In this document: in pieces, positions 8,351 to 15,329 of the stretch
How the letters are laid out: each line of letters starts with the position of its first letter
How positions within the stretch are numbered: the stretch's first letter is position 1
Virus record (IMG/VR): IMGVR_UViG_3300025470_000044
Span: 1-36,214 of that record
Source: a virus
Lineage: Duplodnaviria; Caudoviricetes
DNA length: 36,214 nt
Strand: one strand, 5' to 3'
Program-made: the position numbers and the translations under genes
The notes under the pieces: generated by a model
Told to the model about the DNA's origin: nothing
What the model saw: only the letters and a program-made list of their open reading frames with translations
Database searches by the model: none

Positions 8351-9195
8351 TGTGGTGTGCCATGCCGGATGAAGCCGCGCGCGGTTTCCATGGCTTTGTC
8401 GAGCTGGATCAATTCGGGAGTTCCGAATAGCTCGCCCAGGCCCTTGTCATCACTCATCTCCACCAGCCATTCGGCGATCTCCAGCGCCTTGAGTGTCTTC
8501 TCGGTGATCCGCTCCTGGCGTTCCAGTTCCTCCGCATTGGCGCGCTGCTCTTTCGTGGCGCCGCCCTGGCCTTTGAGCCGGCCACGTTTGGGCTTGTCAC
8601 TGTCCTCCTCCGCCTGCTTAAATTCCATGAACAGTGAGCGCTGCGTCTTGCCGTCCACGATGGCGCAGATCTTCTCGCGCACTTCCTTCAGATCTTCGGG
8701 CACCTTTTTGTCCGCGATCAGGAGGAAATCCCCCGGCTTCAAATGCGCATCGTTTGCGCATTTGGCGACTGTCTCCAAATAGCCGCTGATGGTCGAAATG
8801 CCCACGGATTCCAACACATTCTTGGTCAATTCCATGTAGCCTTGGAGGGACCGCGATGGCTTCGCCTTGCCGGTCGTGGTATCGGTCGTTACAAGTTTCG
8901 GGCAGTGTTCCGCCAGCCAGGCCCCGAACTCGCCGTGCTTGAGCTTGCTCTCCTTGAGTTCCCAGGCGAACAGCCCCAGTGAGATGATCTTCCGCATGCC
9001 CGTCTGGGCCTCGGTGAACATCTTATTGAGCTGCTTGGCTGCCTTCTTGTCGCTGCCATCCGCCAGGCGCGGCACGGGTGGCAGTACCTCCAGCGCCTTC
9101 TCGTCGGCCCGGTCGCGCTTTATTTTGGCCCAGCGCATTTCCTGGGCGGCTTTGATCCTGGCGAATCGTTCTGGGTCGTTTTGTCGCATGCTCAT
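8347..9195 (-). CDS. DUF3102-like protein upstream of transposase
   Basis: GLFAWELKESKLKHGEFGAWLAEH...RSLQGYM; start at 9195 by ATGA overlap; usual Mu-like position. Confidence 0.6.
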   Translation of the reverse strand: MSMRQNDPERFARIKAAQEMRWAKIKRDRADEKALEVLPPVPRLADGSDKKAAKQLNKMFTEAQTGMRKIISLGLFAWELKESKLKHGEFGAWLAEHCPKLVTTDTTTGKAKPSRSLQGYMELTKNVLESVGISTISGYLETVAKCANDAHLKPGDFLLIADKKVPEDLKEVREKICAIVDGKTQRSLFMEFKQAEEDSDKPKRGRLKGQGGATKEQRANAEELERQERITEKTLKALEIAEWLVEMSDDKGLGELFGTPELIQLDKAMETARGFIRHGTPQ

Positions 9196-9416
9196 ATGTC
9201 TTTTTCGTCCGCTTCGATAATGGATAGTTTTTTGAACCGCGTGCCCGACATATCCGCGTTGGGCATCAACTCCTTGAGCAGGGCAAACAGCACCTCCTCG
9301 TTGGCGCACACAAACGCGATCTGATCTTCGCCGATCGCGAACAGCGTGCCGCAGCCGCTCAGCGCCCCGACGCGCTTTGGGCGGGAAATCAAATGGGATT
9401 TTAATTCGCTGCTCAT
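9192..9416 (-). CDS. Hypothetical protein (74 aa)
   Basis: Start MSSELKS; ATGA overlaps at both ends. Confidence 0.65.
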   Translation of the reverse strand: MSSELKSHLISRPKRVGALSGCGTLFAIGEDQIAFVCANEEVLFALLKELMPNADMSGTRFKKLSIIEADEKDI

Positions 9417-9619
9417 ACGGTCTTCACCTTTCCAATCGTGCGCTCGACAATGGTCTTTTTGATTTCGCTCAGCTCCATCGCCCATTTGGTCAGCAGAGCG
9501 CTGGTTCGCAGATGTTCCAGTCGGGTTACTGCAATCTGGCCTTCCAGCCAGGCTTCCTGCTCACGCAGCTTGGCCAGGCCAGTGCGCTGTAGCCGGTGCT
9601 TGGTCGGTTTCCAGCTCAT
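9413..9619 (-). CDS. Hypothetical coiled-coil protein (68 aa)
   Basis: ATGA overlaps at both ends; heptad pattern. Confidence 0.65.
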   Translation of the reverse strand: MSWKPTKHRLQRTGLAKLREQEAWLEGQIAVTRLEHLRTSALLTKWAMELSEIKKTIVERTIGKVKTV

Positions 9620-10146
9620 TGCAGCCTCCCATGCAGCCAGGTCTCAAAGCTGTCGCGCCGGATCACCCATGATCCGCCCGGCCCTGGCTGGCTCTTTTTA
9701 ACGGCCGTTAATTGGCCGCTTAATACCAGGTTCTCAACGTGGCCCCGGTCGCACAGCAGCGCCCGGCGGATCTCCAACCCGGTCAGCACCGCCGGCTGAT
9801 GCGGGCCGGCGTCCCGCTCGTGAGGGGCCACCAGCCGGAAGATCTTGGGCCACTCCAGCTCGTGATATTTCTTGCCGCCGGTCGCGCGGAAAAACTCAAT
9901 GCTCTTGGTCAGCACGCGCAGCTCGGCCTTGGAGTCCAGGTCCACCGCGATGTTGAAGGCAATCATGACGCCGCTTTCGATGAGCGCCCGCACCGTGTCC
10001 AGGTCCATCTCAAACTCGCCCAGATCCCGCAGCACCGTCTTCAGGTCGCTTAGCGGCCGGAAGCGCGGATCATTCAGCCCCAGTTGCTTCTGGATCGCCG
10101 GCGGTAGCACCGGTCGCACGCTCAAGCCTGTTTCAGTCATGCTCAC
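9616..10146 (-). CDS. DNA-binding protein with apparent tandem Xis/MerR-type winged HTH
   Basis: C-terminal LTGLEIRRALLCDRGHVENLVLSGQLTA...GSWVIRRDSFETWL; similar N-terminal LDTVRALIESGVMIA...ELRVLTKSIEFF; start 10146 (GTG) or 10140. Confidence 0.65.
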   Translation of the reverse strand: MSMTETGLSVRPVLPPAIQKQLGLNDPRFRPLSDLKTVLRDLGEFEMDLDTVRALIESGVMIAFNIAVDLDSKAELRVLTKSIEFFRATGGKKYHELEWPKIFRLVAPHERDAGPHQPAVLTGLEIRRALLCDRGHVENLVLSGQLTAVKKSQPGPGGSWVIRRDSFETWLHGRLQ

Positions 10147-10164
10147 GGGTTCGTGGGGTTAAAC

Positions 10165-10434
10165 GTCCGGTTGCGAGATTTGCGGAGACCGGAGGCTCCC
10201 GAAACGCTGGCCGCATGGCATCAACACAGAGCGCCCCACCATGCGACCCCGGCAACTCGCTGGCCGGACTGTGAGTAGGGGCGAAGAAGTTAAAGAAACT
10301 GCCGAGACGATGAGCCGTGGCATCGGCGGGGAAGGGAGCCATCGTCTTCCGATCAGGCGTGCGGCTATTAGCAGACCGCAGTGTTGTCCTTGATCCCATT
10401 GGCGGCAGGGGAGATTCGAGAATTTACGGTCTGC
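10165..10434 (-). ncRNA. Candidate structured RNA region (three successive stem domains)
   Basis: Closing stems GTCCGG/CCGGAC plus GCGAG/CTCGC (10165-10269), AGACGATG/CATCGTCT (10305-10347), GCAGACCG/CGGTCTGC (10371-10434); most inner G-U pairs favour the minus strand. Confidence 0.4.
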
Positions 10435-10451
10435 GGCTGACGGGCTACAAT
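10423..10451 (+). promoter_or_regulatory. Sigma70-like promoter for a leaderless antisense gene
   Basis: TTTACG-17 bp-TACAAT; ATG begins after a 7-nt gap (10459). Confidence 0.65.
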
Positions 10452-10458
10452 GGTGCCC

Positions 10459-10776
10459 ATGAACACCATCAGCGAGGACGTTTTGCGAGGCATTGATGCT
10501 GCCTTGGCGCGGCACGCTCCGCACCTCCGGCCCAAACTGCATGCCATCATGCGATCGGGTTTGGCCAGCCGGGCACAGCTCTTGCCGGGCCAATCTATCC
10601 ACGGCACGCTCACAGCCTCGGTCCCATTGCCGGACGGCGAGGCGATTCTGCGAGCCCTGGAAACGATTGAGCGTGATCATGGTTTCAACGCGAAGTTTGC
10701 TGACCGGCAGATAAATTGGCTGGTGCTTTGCTGGCGGCGTTTCGCAGAGCCCCCTCAATTGCCGCCTGAACCATGA
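10459..10776 (+). CDS. Hypothetical protein (105 aa), moron-like, antisense to early operon
   Basis: Own promoter; globular-looking sequence MNTISEDVLRGIDAAL...QINWLVLCWRRF. Confidence 0.6.
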   Translation: MNTISEDVLRGIDAALARHAPHLRPKLHAIMRSGLASRAQLLPGQSIHGTLTASVPLPDGEAILRALETIERDHGFNAKFADRQINWLVLCWRRFAEPPQLPPEP

Positions 10777-10927
10777 GCTCCCATCTTCCTCGGATATCCC
10801 GTTTGGTGGAGCCCGTTGTTTGTTGCCATGCTGCGCGTAAACCGTGCAGATCCTGCAAATCGGTCAGGATGTTTTCTACTGCGGCTTCCGCGCACTGCTT
10901 GATCAATTCTGGCGTGAATGAGGTCAT
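10685..10927 (-). CDS. Hypothetical protein (80 aa)
   Basis: MTSFTPELIKQCAEAAVENILTDLQDLHGLRAAW; 3' end overlaps the antisense gene. Confidence 0.55.
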   Translation of the reverse strand: MTSFTPELIKQCAEAAVENILTDLQDLHGLRAAWQQTTGSTKRDIRGRWELMVQAAIEGALRNAASKAPANLSAGQQTSR

Positions 10928-10938
10928 GGTGCGGGGGA

Positions 10939-11133
10939 TTACGTCCAACGAGGTTTGCGGTTTGTGCAGGCGGCGGCGTTCAGTTCGCCGAAGCGGGCGC
11001 TGATGGCTTCACGAATCTCGATGCGCTGGCGGGGGAAAAGCTCCCCGTCTGTCGGAACTTGTTTAGACAGGTTGTGCAGCGCGGTGGCCGTGGTGGCCTT
11101 GGCGACTTCCACGAGGTAGGCGGATTTGTTCAT
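10939..11133 (-). CDS. Hypothetical protein (64 aa)
   Basis: Start MNKSAY with ATGA overlap. Confidence 0.6.
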   Translation of the reverse strand: MNKSAYLVEVAKATTATALHNLSKQVPTDGELFPRQRIEIREAISARFGELNAAACTNRKPRWT

Positions 11134-11309
11134 GGGCAATAGCAGTTATCATCACGAAACGTCCGCGTGGCTGTACGTAGGCAAAGCGCCGCCTTTTCCG
11201 GATCGGACTGGCGCAGCTCCTTCCAATGCTTCGCCCAGATGCGCATGACCTTCCGGCAATGCGGGCAATCGCGGCCAATTCTAACCGTGCGGTAGGTTGG
11301 CAGGCTCAT
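11130..11309 (-). CDS. Small Cys-rich protein (59 aa)
   Basis: CPHC...CYC; GAGGT RBS; ATGA overlaps at both ends. Confidence 0.6.
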   Translation of the reverse strand: MSLPTYRTVRIGRDCPHCRKVMRIWAKHWKELRQSDPEKAALCLRTATRTFRDDNCYCP

Positions 11310-11452
11310 TTGACCACCTCGCAATCGAACCTGAGGAAGGTGGTGATATCACCGGAGGCCTCGTGGACGGCCGTCCAAAGCATCCCGTCGCTGGTCAGCA
11401 GCCGGTGGGGGCGGCCGTAATGACGGCCCGAATAGACGATGACGTATTTCAT
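11306..11452 (-). CDS. Small hypothetical protein (48 aa), below ORF-track cutoff
   Basis: Hand translation MKYVIVYSGRHYGRPHRLLTSDGMLWTAVHEASGDITTFLRFDCEVVK; AAGGAGGT RBS; ATGA overlaps at both ends. Confidence 0.65.
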   Translation of the reverse strand: MKYVIVYSGRHYGRPHRLLTSDGMLWTAVHEASGDITTFLRFDCEVVK

Positions 11453-11631
11453 GCGACCTCCTTAACTTGCAATTTTTCCTCCAAGGCGCGGCGCAGCAAT
11501 TTGGAACGGTCCAGATCCTGCGACTCTACCCACAGATCAATGCGGGACAGTAGTTCAGAGGGCACCCACGCGCCAATGAAGGTCACTTCTGCCTTCGTCC
11601 GAGTTCCTCTTTTAGTGGTTCTGCGTGTCAT
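11449..11631 (-). CDS. Ribbon-helix-helix regulator (Cro/Ner position)
   Basis: FIGAWVPSELLSRIDLWVESQDLDRSKLLRRALEEKL, CopG/Arc-type pattern; first early gene. Confidence 0.8.
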   Translation of the reverse strand: MTRRTTKRGTRTKAEVTFIGAWVPSELLSRIDLWVESQDLDRSKLLRRALEEKLQVKEVA

Positions 11632-11640
11632 GTTGTAACT

Positions 11641-11707
11641 AGGTTAAACTCAGTTTAACGCCCGGTCAACATTTATTTTGACTTTTTTTAAGGCGGGCGT
11701 TAAAAGT
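11641..11707. promoter_or_regulatory. Back-to-back promoters and operators of the lysis/lysogeny switch
   Basis: Leftward TTGACC-17-TAACCT (11669-11641); rightward TTGACT-17-TAAAAG (11678-11706); palindrome GTTAAACT-C-AGTTTAAC (11643-11659); GGGCGTTAAA in both promoters. Confidence 0.75.
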
Positions 11708-11712
11708 GAATT

Positions 11713-12045
11713 ATGCCAGGTGGTCATAACGAAAACACAAAGCTGCTAGGATTTTTCGCCGATAACGATTTGATCGCGCGCGTTGACGCTGCACGCGGAG
11801 GCCAAGCGCGCTCGCAGTTTATGCGCGAGGCGACTGTCGAATATATCGAAAAGCACGGTGGCCAGGTGCCCGAGCATCTAAAGCACCCGCCCAGCCGCGC
11901 TGGTGTTGGAGGCCCCAAGAAAAAGCCAGGGCCTCAAGCTGACCGAACGTCAACTAATTTGACCAAAGCGAACGATGCCGCATCTGAAGTCGGCAAGCGT
12001 ATAAATCGCAAGATTCGCAGCCGCCACAAACCCGCCCAAGAATAA
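11713..12045 (+). CDS. Ribbon-helix-helix regulator (repressor position) with basic disordered tail
   Basis: KLLGFFADNDLIARVDAARGGQARSQFMREATVEYI; divergent from the early operon; probably leaderless. Confidence 0.75.
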   Translation: MPGGHNENTKLLGFFADNDLIARVDAARGGQARSQFMREATVEYIEKHGGQVPEHLKHPPSRAGVGGPKKKPGPQADRTSTNLTKANDAASEVGKRINRKIRSRHKPAQE

Positions 12046-12207
12046 TGCGAGCAGCCTCCAGCATTTGTTCCGCCGCTTCCCGGCATTCCTCCGGTGACAG
12101 CCCTTCCATCGTTTCCTCAGCAATTTCCTTTGTGGACTTCATACCCAACTGTGTTGTTCAGCAGATTAGCCTGAAATTATCCGCGTGAACAAGTCGCCGA
12201 TAACGTT

Positions 12208-12777
12208 ATGAAGGCAGAATCCCTACCCAGCGAAATTCACTTTGACTGCCCGAACTGCGAGCGCCACATGAAGGGGGAGCGTGCGCTCTTGGGGGAGATG
12301 GTTCAGTGTCCTGACTGCGAGACGAATTTCGTCCCATCACCCCGCAAGGATAAAAAAACCACATCCAAACCACCGCTTAATTGGAAGCGTAACCTTTATG
12401 GAGCGGTGATTCTATTGGCTGTTTTTGGCGCGGGTTATTTCATTCACCAATATTTGCGTGCCACGCAATTCAACGATCCCAATAATCTTGGGAATTACCT
12501 TGGCCCGCACGATGAACAGTCCATTAGCGCACTGGCCAAAATCAGCGAGCAGTTAATTTCGCCCAAGACTGCACAATTCGTTCATGGCAAGTTTTGGAAT
12601 GTTGATGGCCCCCAGAAAACTCTCGCGAGGATCACCATAGATTCTCAAAATGTTTACGGCGCTCTCATTCGGACAGAGTGGGGTATTCAAATGCACTTGT
12701 TCAGATACGAGACGAACAACTGGTGGTCCGTTGACGATTGTTTATTGCTGCAAGGCAGCAGAACCGTGCTTAAATAA
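12208..12777 (+). CDS. Zn-ribbon + single TM membrane protein (possible exclusion/lysogenic conversion)
   Basis: CPNC...CPDC, TM LYGAVILLAVFGAGYFI, C-terminal IDSQNVYGALIRT; visibly more AT-rich. Confidence 0.8.
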   Translation: MKAESLPSEIHFDCPNCERHMKGERALLGEMVQCPDCETNFVPSPRKDKKTTSKPPLNWKRNLYGAVILLAVFGAGYFIHQYLRATQFNDPNNLGNYLGPHDEQSISALAKISEQLISPKTAQFVHGKFWNVDGPQKTLARITIDSQNVYGALIRTEWGIQMHLFRYETNNWWSVDDCLLLQGSRTVLK

Positions 12778-12817
12778 ATTTCGTGACATTCCCTTCGGTT
12801 CTGCTTAGATAGTCCCC

Positions 12818-12851
12818 GGAGCGCGCGACCAGAGGTTGCCGCTCCTTTTTT
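12818..12851 (+). terminator. Intrinsic terminator separating immunity region from late operon
   Basis: GGAGCG(C)GCGACC-AGA-GGTTGCCGCTCC followed by TTTTTT. Confidence 0.8.
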
Positions 12852-12920
12852 CGTCTCCGCAGTTTCCCCCCCAGAAAAACGCTAGTCGGCGATGGTCGCG
12901 TTCCGGCCCCGGCGAGTTCC

Positions 12921-12929
12921 TGCCATAGT
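12921..12929 (+). promoter_or_regulatory. Candidate late promoter (extended -10 only)
   Basis: TG-C-CATAGT without a recognisable -35, between the terminator and first late gene. Confidence 0.3.
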
Positions 12930-12970
12930 CGCGCCTGTGATCAGCGCGACATCCGATAAGTCAATAATAA

Positions 12971-13048
12971 CCAATTCCGGCAGCCGGGCGGCAATCCTCC
13001 GGCGAGCGGTCGCGCGCTTGTCTACACGCAGCCTGGCTGCCGTATTGG
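12971..13048 (+). ncRNA. Long structured leader hairpin of late operon
   Basis: CCAAT/ATTGG, CGGCAGCCGGGC/GCCTGGCTGCCG and GGCGAGCG/CGCTTGTC stems with G-U pairs valid on + strand; internal loop AATCCTCC. Confidence 0.5.
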
Positions 13049-13079
13049 CTTTGCCGGTCCCAACCCCACTGAATCCACC

Positions 13080-13835
13080 ATGAATAAAATCAAGTCCCTC
13101 TTTCTTGCCACTGTGTGCGTTTGCACGGTCGTCGCCAGCTCTCCGGCTCCGGCCCAGACAATTGCCATCACTGGCACCAGCCTGAGCAACATCCTCCAAC
13201 TTGCTGGCCTCTCGGCGCAACTCGCCAATAACCAACTCGTCCAGGTGGGTGTGCCCTTCACCCTGAACGGCAATCAGACGTTTCTGATCACCACCAACTC
13301 GGCCGGTCTATACACCATCACGACTTCCGGGCCGGGTGGCACCAACAGCTTCACGCCGCCCAGCACGCTCAGCTCCGCCCTGGCCACCAGCGAGAACTGG
13401 GTGGCCGCGAACAATCCCGCCAATATCGGCTACTATGCCACGAATGAGATCGAAGCGCGCGTGGGGGTGATGTACCTCCAGAATTCGGGCGAGGCAGCCG
13501 CAGTGCTGAGCGTGCAGAAATATGGCTGGTTCGGGTTTTCCAACTGGGGCGTGGGTGCGGGCATCTTGCAAGGCAACAAGGCCGGCCAGAGTGGCACGGC
13601 CGCTTACTACGGCGAGGTGGATTACCGCAAGCCCATTGGCGACGTGTCGGCGATCGGAGGCCTGGTGGGCGGCTATGACAAATGGAACTCCACCGGTTTC
13701 ATCGGTGCCAAGGCCGGGTTGGAATATCGCCAAAGCGCGCACCTGGGCGAATTCCTCGACGTGGTTTATGCCTACGAGTCCGGTCAATCGGATCGCGGCC
13801 TCATGATCGGCGGCGGCATCACCTACGCGTTCTGA
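13080..13835 (+). CDS. Signal-peptide protein, predicted small outer-membrane beta-barrel
   Basis: Signal MNKIK...APA|Q; about 8 amphipathic strands in the C-terminal half; ends GGGITYAF (BAM-type C-terminal Phe). Confidence 0.75.
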   Translation: MNKIKSLFLATVCVCTVVASSPAPAQTIAITGTSLSNILQLAGLSAQLANNQLVQVGVPFTLNGNQTFLITTNSAGLYTITTSGPGGTNSFTPPSTLSSALATSENWVAANNPANIGYYATNEIEARVGVMYLQNSGEAAAVLSVQKYGWFGFSNWGVGAGILQGNKAGQSGTAAYYGEVDYRKPIGDVSAIGGLVGGYDKWNSTGFIGAKAGLEYRQSAHLGEFLDVVYAYESGQSDRGLMIGGGITYAF

Positions 13836-13864
13836 GCTGGTTTGAGTCCACGGCTGAATTCCCC

Positions 13865-14674
13865 ATGAACCTCACCGCCCAAGAGTTTGACCTGGTCAAC
13901 GCCCGCGCTTGCCTGCAAGCCAGCGCGGACGCTTATCAGCGATCCACGATTCGCGTCACAGCCACCGACACGAATTGTCTGATCGTCGAGGATGCTGATT
14001 GCATCGTGCTGGCGTTCCGTGGGTCTGCCAGCATCCGCAATTGGATTACTGACGCCCAGTTCCAACGGACGACGCTTGTTTCGGGTGTGGATGGCACGGT
14101 GTCGAAGATTCACAAGGGTTTCGAATGGGCGTTCAACAGCATCTTCGAGCAGCTCCTGCTCGCCCTGGGCGGATGTAGTTTCGCTTCCCGCCAGAGCGGC
14201 AAGCCGCTGTTCATCACCGGTCATTCGCTGGGTGGCGCCTTGGCGATCCTGGCCGCGTTGGAATTGCAGCGCAACGGTTTTCGGATCGCCCAGGTATACA
14301 CCTTCGGCCAGCCACGCGTGGGCAATGGCGACTTTAAGCAGCGTTATGATGCCGTCCTGGGCCGGACAACCTTTCGGGTGGTGTATCAGGAGGACATCGT
14401 GCCACGCATCCCGCACCTGCCGGCCTGGCATGATCCCTATCGGCACGTGGGCAACGAAATGTTCATCAGCAGCCTGTCGCCGTTGAACAGCAGTCCGTTC
14501 TGGCTCAATCCGCCGATCTGGCGCCTGCTACTCTCTGATGCCTGGGGAATTTACCGCGCATTCACGGTTGCGAAGTTCGCCGGGGCATTGGATCCCGTCA
14601 TCGACCATCACATCAACAATTATCGCCTCGCGCTGGATGCAGCGGTGGAGACTGCATATACCGCCATCAAATAA
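13865..14674 (+). CDS. Class 3 lipase (alpha/beta hydrolase)
   Basis: VLAFRGS, IHKGF, ITGHSLGGALA, VYTFGQPRVG, DIVPRIP, YRHVG, DHHINNY; start MNLTAQ; no signal peptide. Confidence 0.92.
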   Translation: MNLTAQEFDLVNARACLQASADAYQRSTIRVTATDTNCLIVEDADCIVLAFRGSASIRNWITDAQFQRTTLVSGVDGTVSKIHKGFEWAFNSIFEQLLLALGGCSFASRQSGKPLFITGHSLGGALAILAALELQRNGFRIAQVYTFGQPRVGNGDFKQRYDAVLGRTTFRVVYQEDIVPRIPHLPAWHDPYRHVGNEMFISSLSPLNSSPFWLNPPIWRLLLSDAWGIYRAFTVAKFAGALDPVIDHHINNYRLALDAAVETAYTAIK

Positions 14675-14676
14675 CT

Positions 14677-15066
14677 ATGCTGACCCTGGCCGACATTACC
14701 TGGACCCAATTGGGCGAAGCTGCCATCGCCATCGGCACGCTTGGCGCGTTCGTCGTGGCCCTGTCCCTCGCTGGGCGCAAGACGGCCGTGAAGATCGACC
14801 AGGATCCCACTCCGGAATTCCGGAAGGCGTCCAAAAGGTACAACCACGATGCCACGGAGCAGCGCTTCGTCCACGTGGAAGCAATCGTCGCCCGGCACGA
14901 GTCCGATATCGACCGGCTAAAGGATCTATTCCGTGTGGATCTGCCGGCCATGGAACGACGCCTGGATGACGCCAGCGAAGGCCGGATCAGCGAGGTGCAT
15001 GATCGCGTGAACGAGATCCTGGGAGAAGTCCGGGAGCTGCGCGGCGAGATGAAAGGCAAGAAGTAA
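14677..15066 (+). CDS. N-terminal TM + coiled-coil protein (Mu gp25/DUF2730 position; possible lysis role)
   Basis: TM AAIAIGTLGAFVVALSLAG, then heptads; position before gp26-like gene. Confidence 0.65.
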   Translation: MLTLADITWTQLGEAAIAIGTLGAFVVALSLAGRKTAVKIDQDPTPEFRKASKRYNHDATEQRFVHVEAIVARHESDIDRLKDLFRVDLPAMERRLDDASEGRISEVHDRVNEILGEVRELRGEMKGKK

Positions 15067-15067
15067 T

Positions 15068-15322
15068 ATGAAATCAAAGATTCTCCGGGCCATCCTGGTC
15101 AGCTTGCTCCAATGCGATGGCACGCCAATGCCCGAGCCCGCGCTGCTGACCGCCGTGCAGATCCTTTGCCGGCCTGGCGAACCCACCGATGATGACGTGC
15201 GCGAGAAGCTCCGGTCTTTGGCCGGCGACCGGTATATCTGCGGCGTGACGGATGATCTCACCCAGGAGCGTTCCTGGACGCTCACGGACAAGGGCACGCA
15301 CAAGGCACGGCAGCTTCACTGA
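15068..15322 (+). CDS. Mu gp26-like winged-helix protein
   Basis: ILRAILVSL...VREKLRSL...WTLTDKG; position before small terminase. Confidence 0.6.
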   Translation: MKSKILRAILVSLLQCDGTPMPEPALLTAVQILCRPGEPTDDDVREKLRSLAGDRYICGVTDDLTQERSWTLTDKGTHKARQLH

Positions 15323-15329
15323 CTTGATC

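Noticed and set aside
10159-10758. Minus-strand 199-aa ORF and nested 81/88-aa ORFs
   Set aside because: Composition not protein-like; region better explained by the promoter-bearing + strand gene and RNA stems, though not fully excluded
11954-12148. Minus-strand 64-aa ORF converging on the repressor
   Set aside because: N-terminal half looks helical and could be real, but it overlaps the repressor by 92 bp and has no clear RBS; insufficient support
12783-12811. Promoter GTGACA-17-TAGATA for a small RNA ending at the 12818-12851 terminator
   Set aside because: Weak -10; the hairpin is adequately explained as terminator of the upstream gene
13682-13864. Extended N-termini in the ORF track (lipase here; likewise MuB, protease, neck, terminator-like and fibre genes)
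   Set aside because: Upstream extensions overlap neighbouring genes; downstream ATGs with ATGA coupling or RBS fit better
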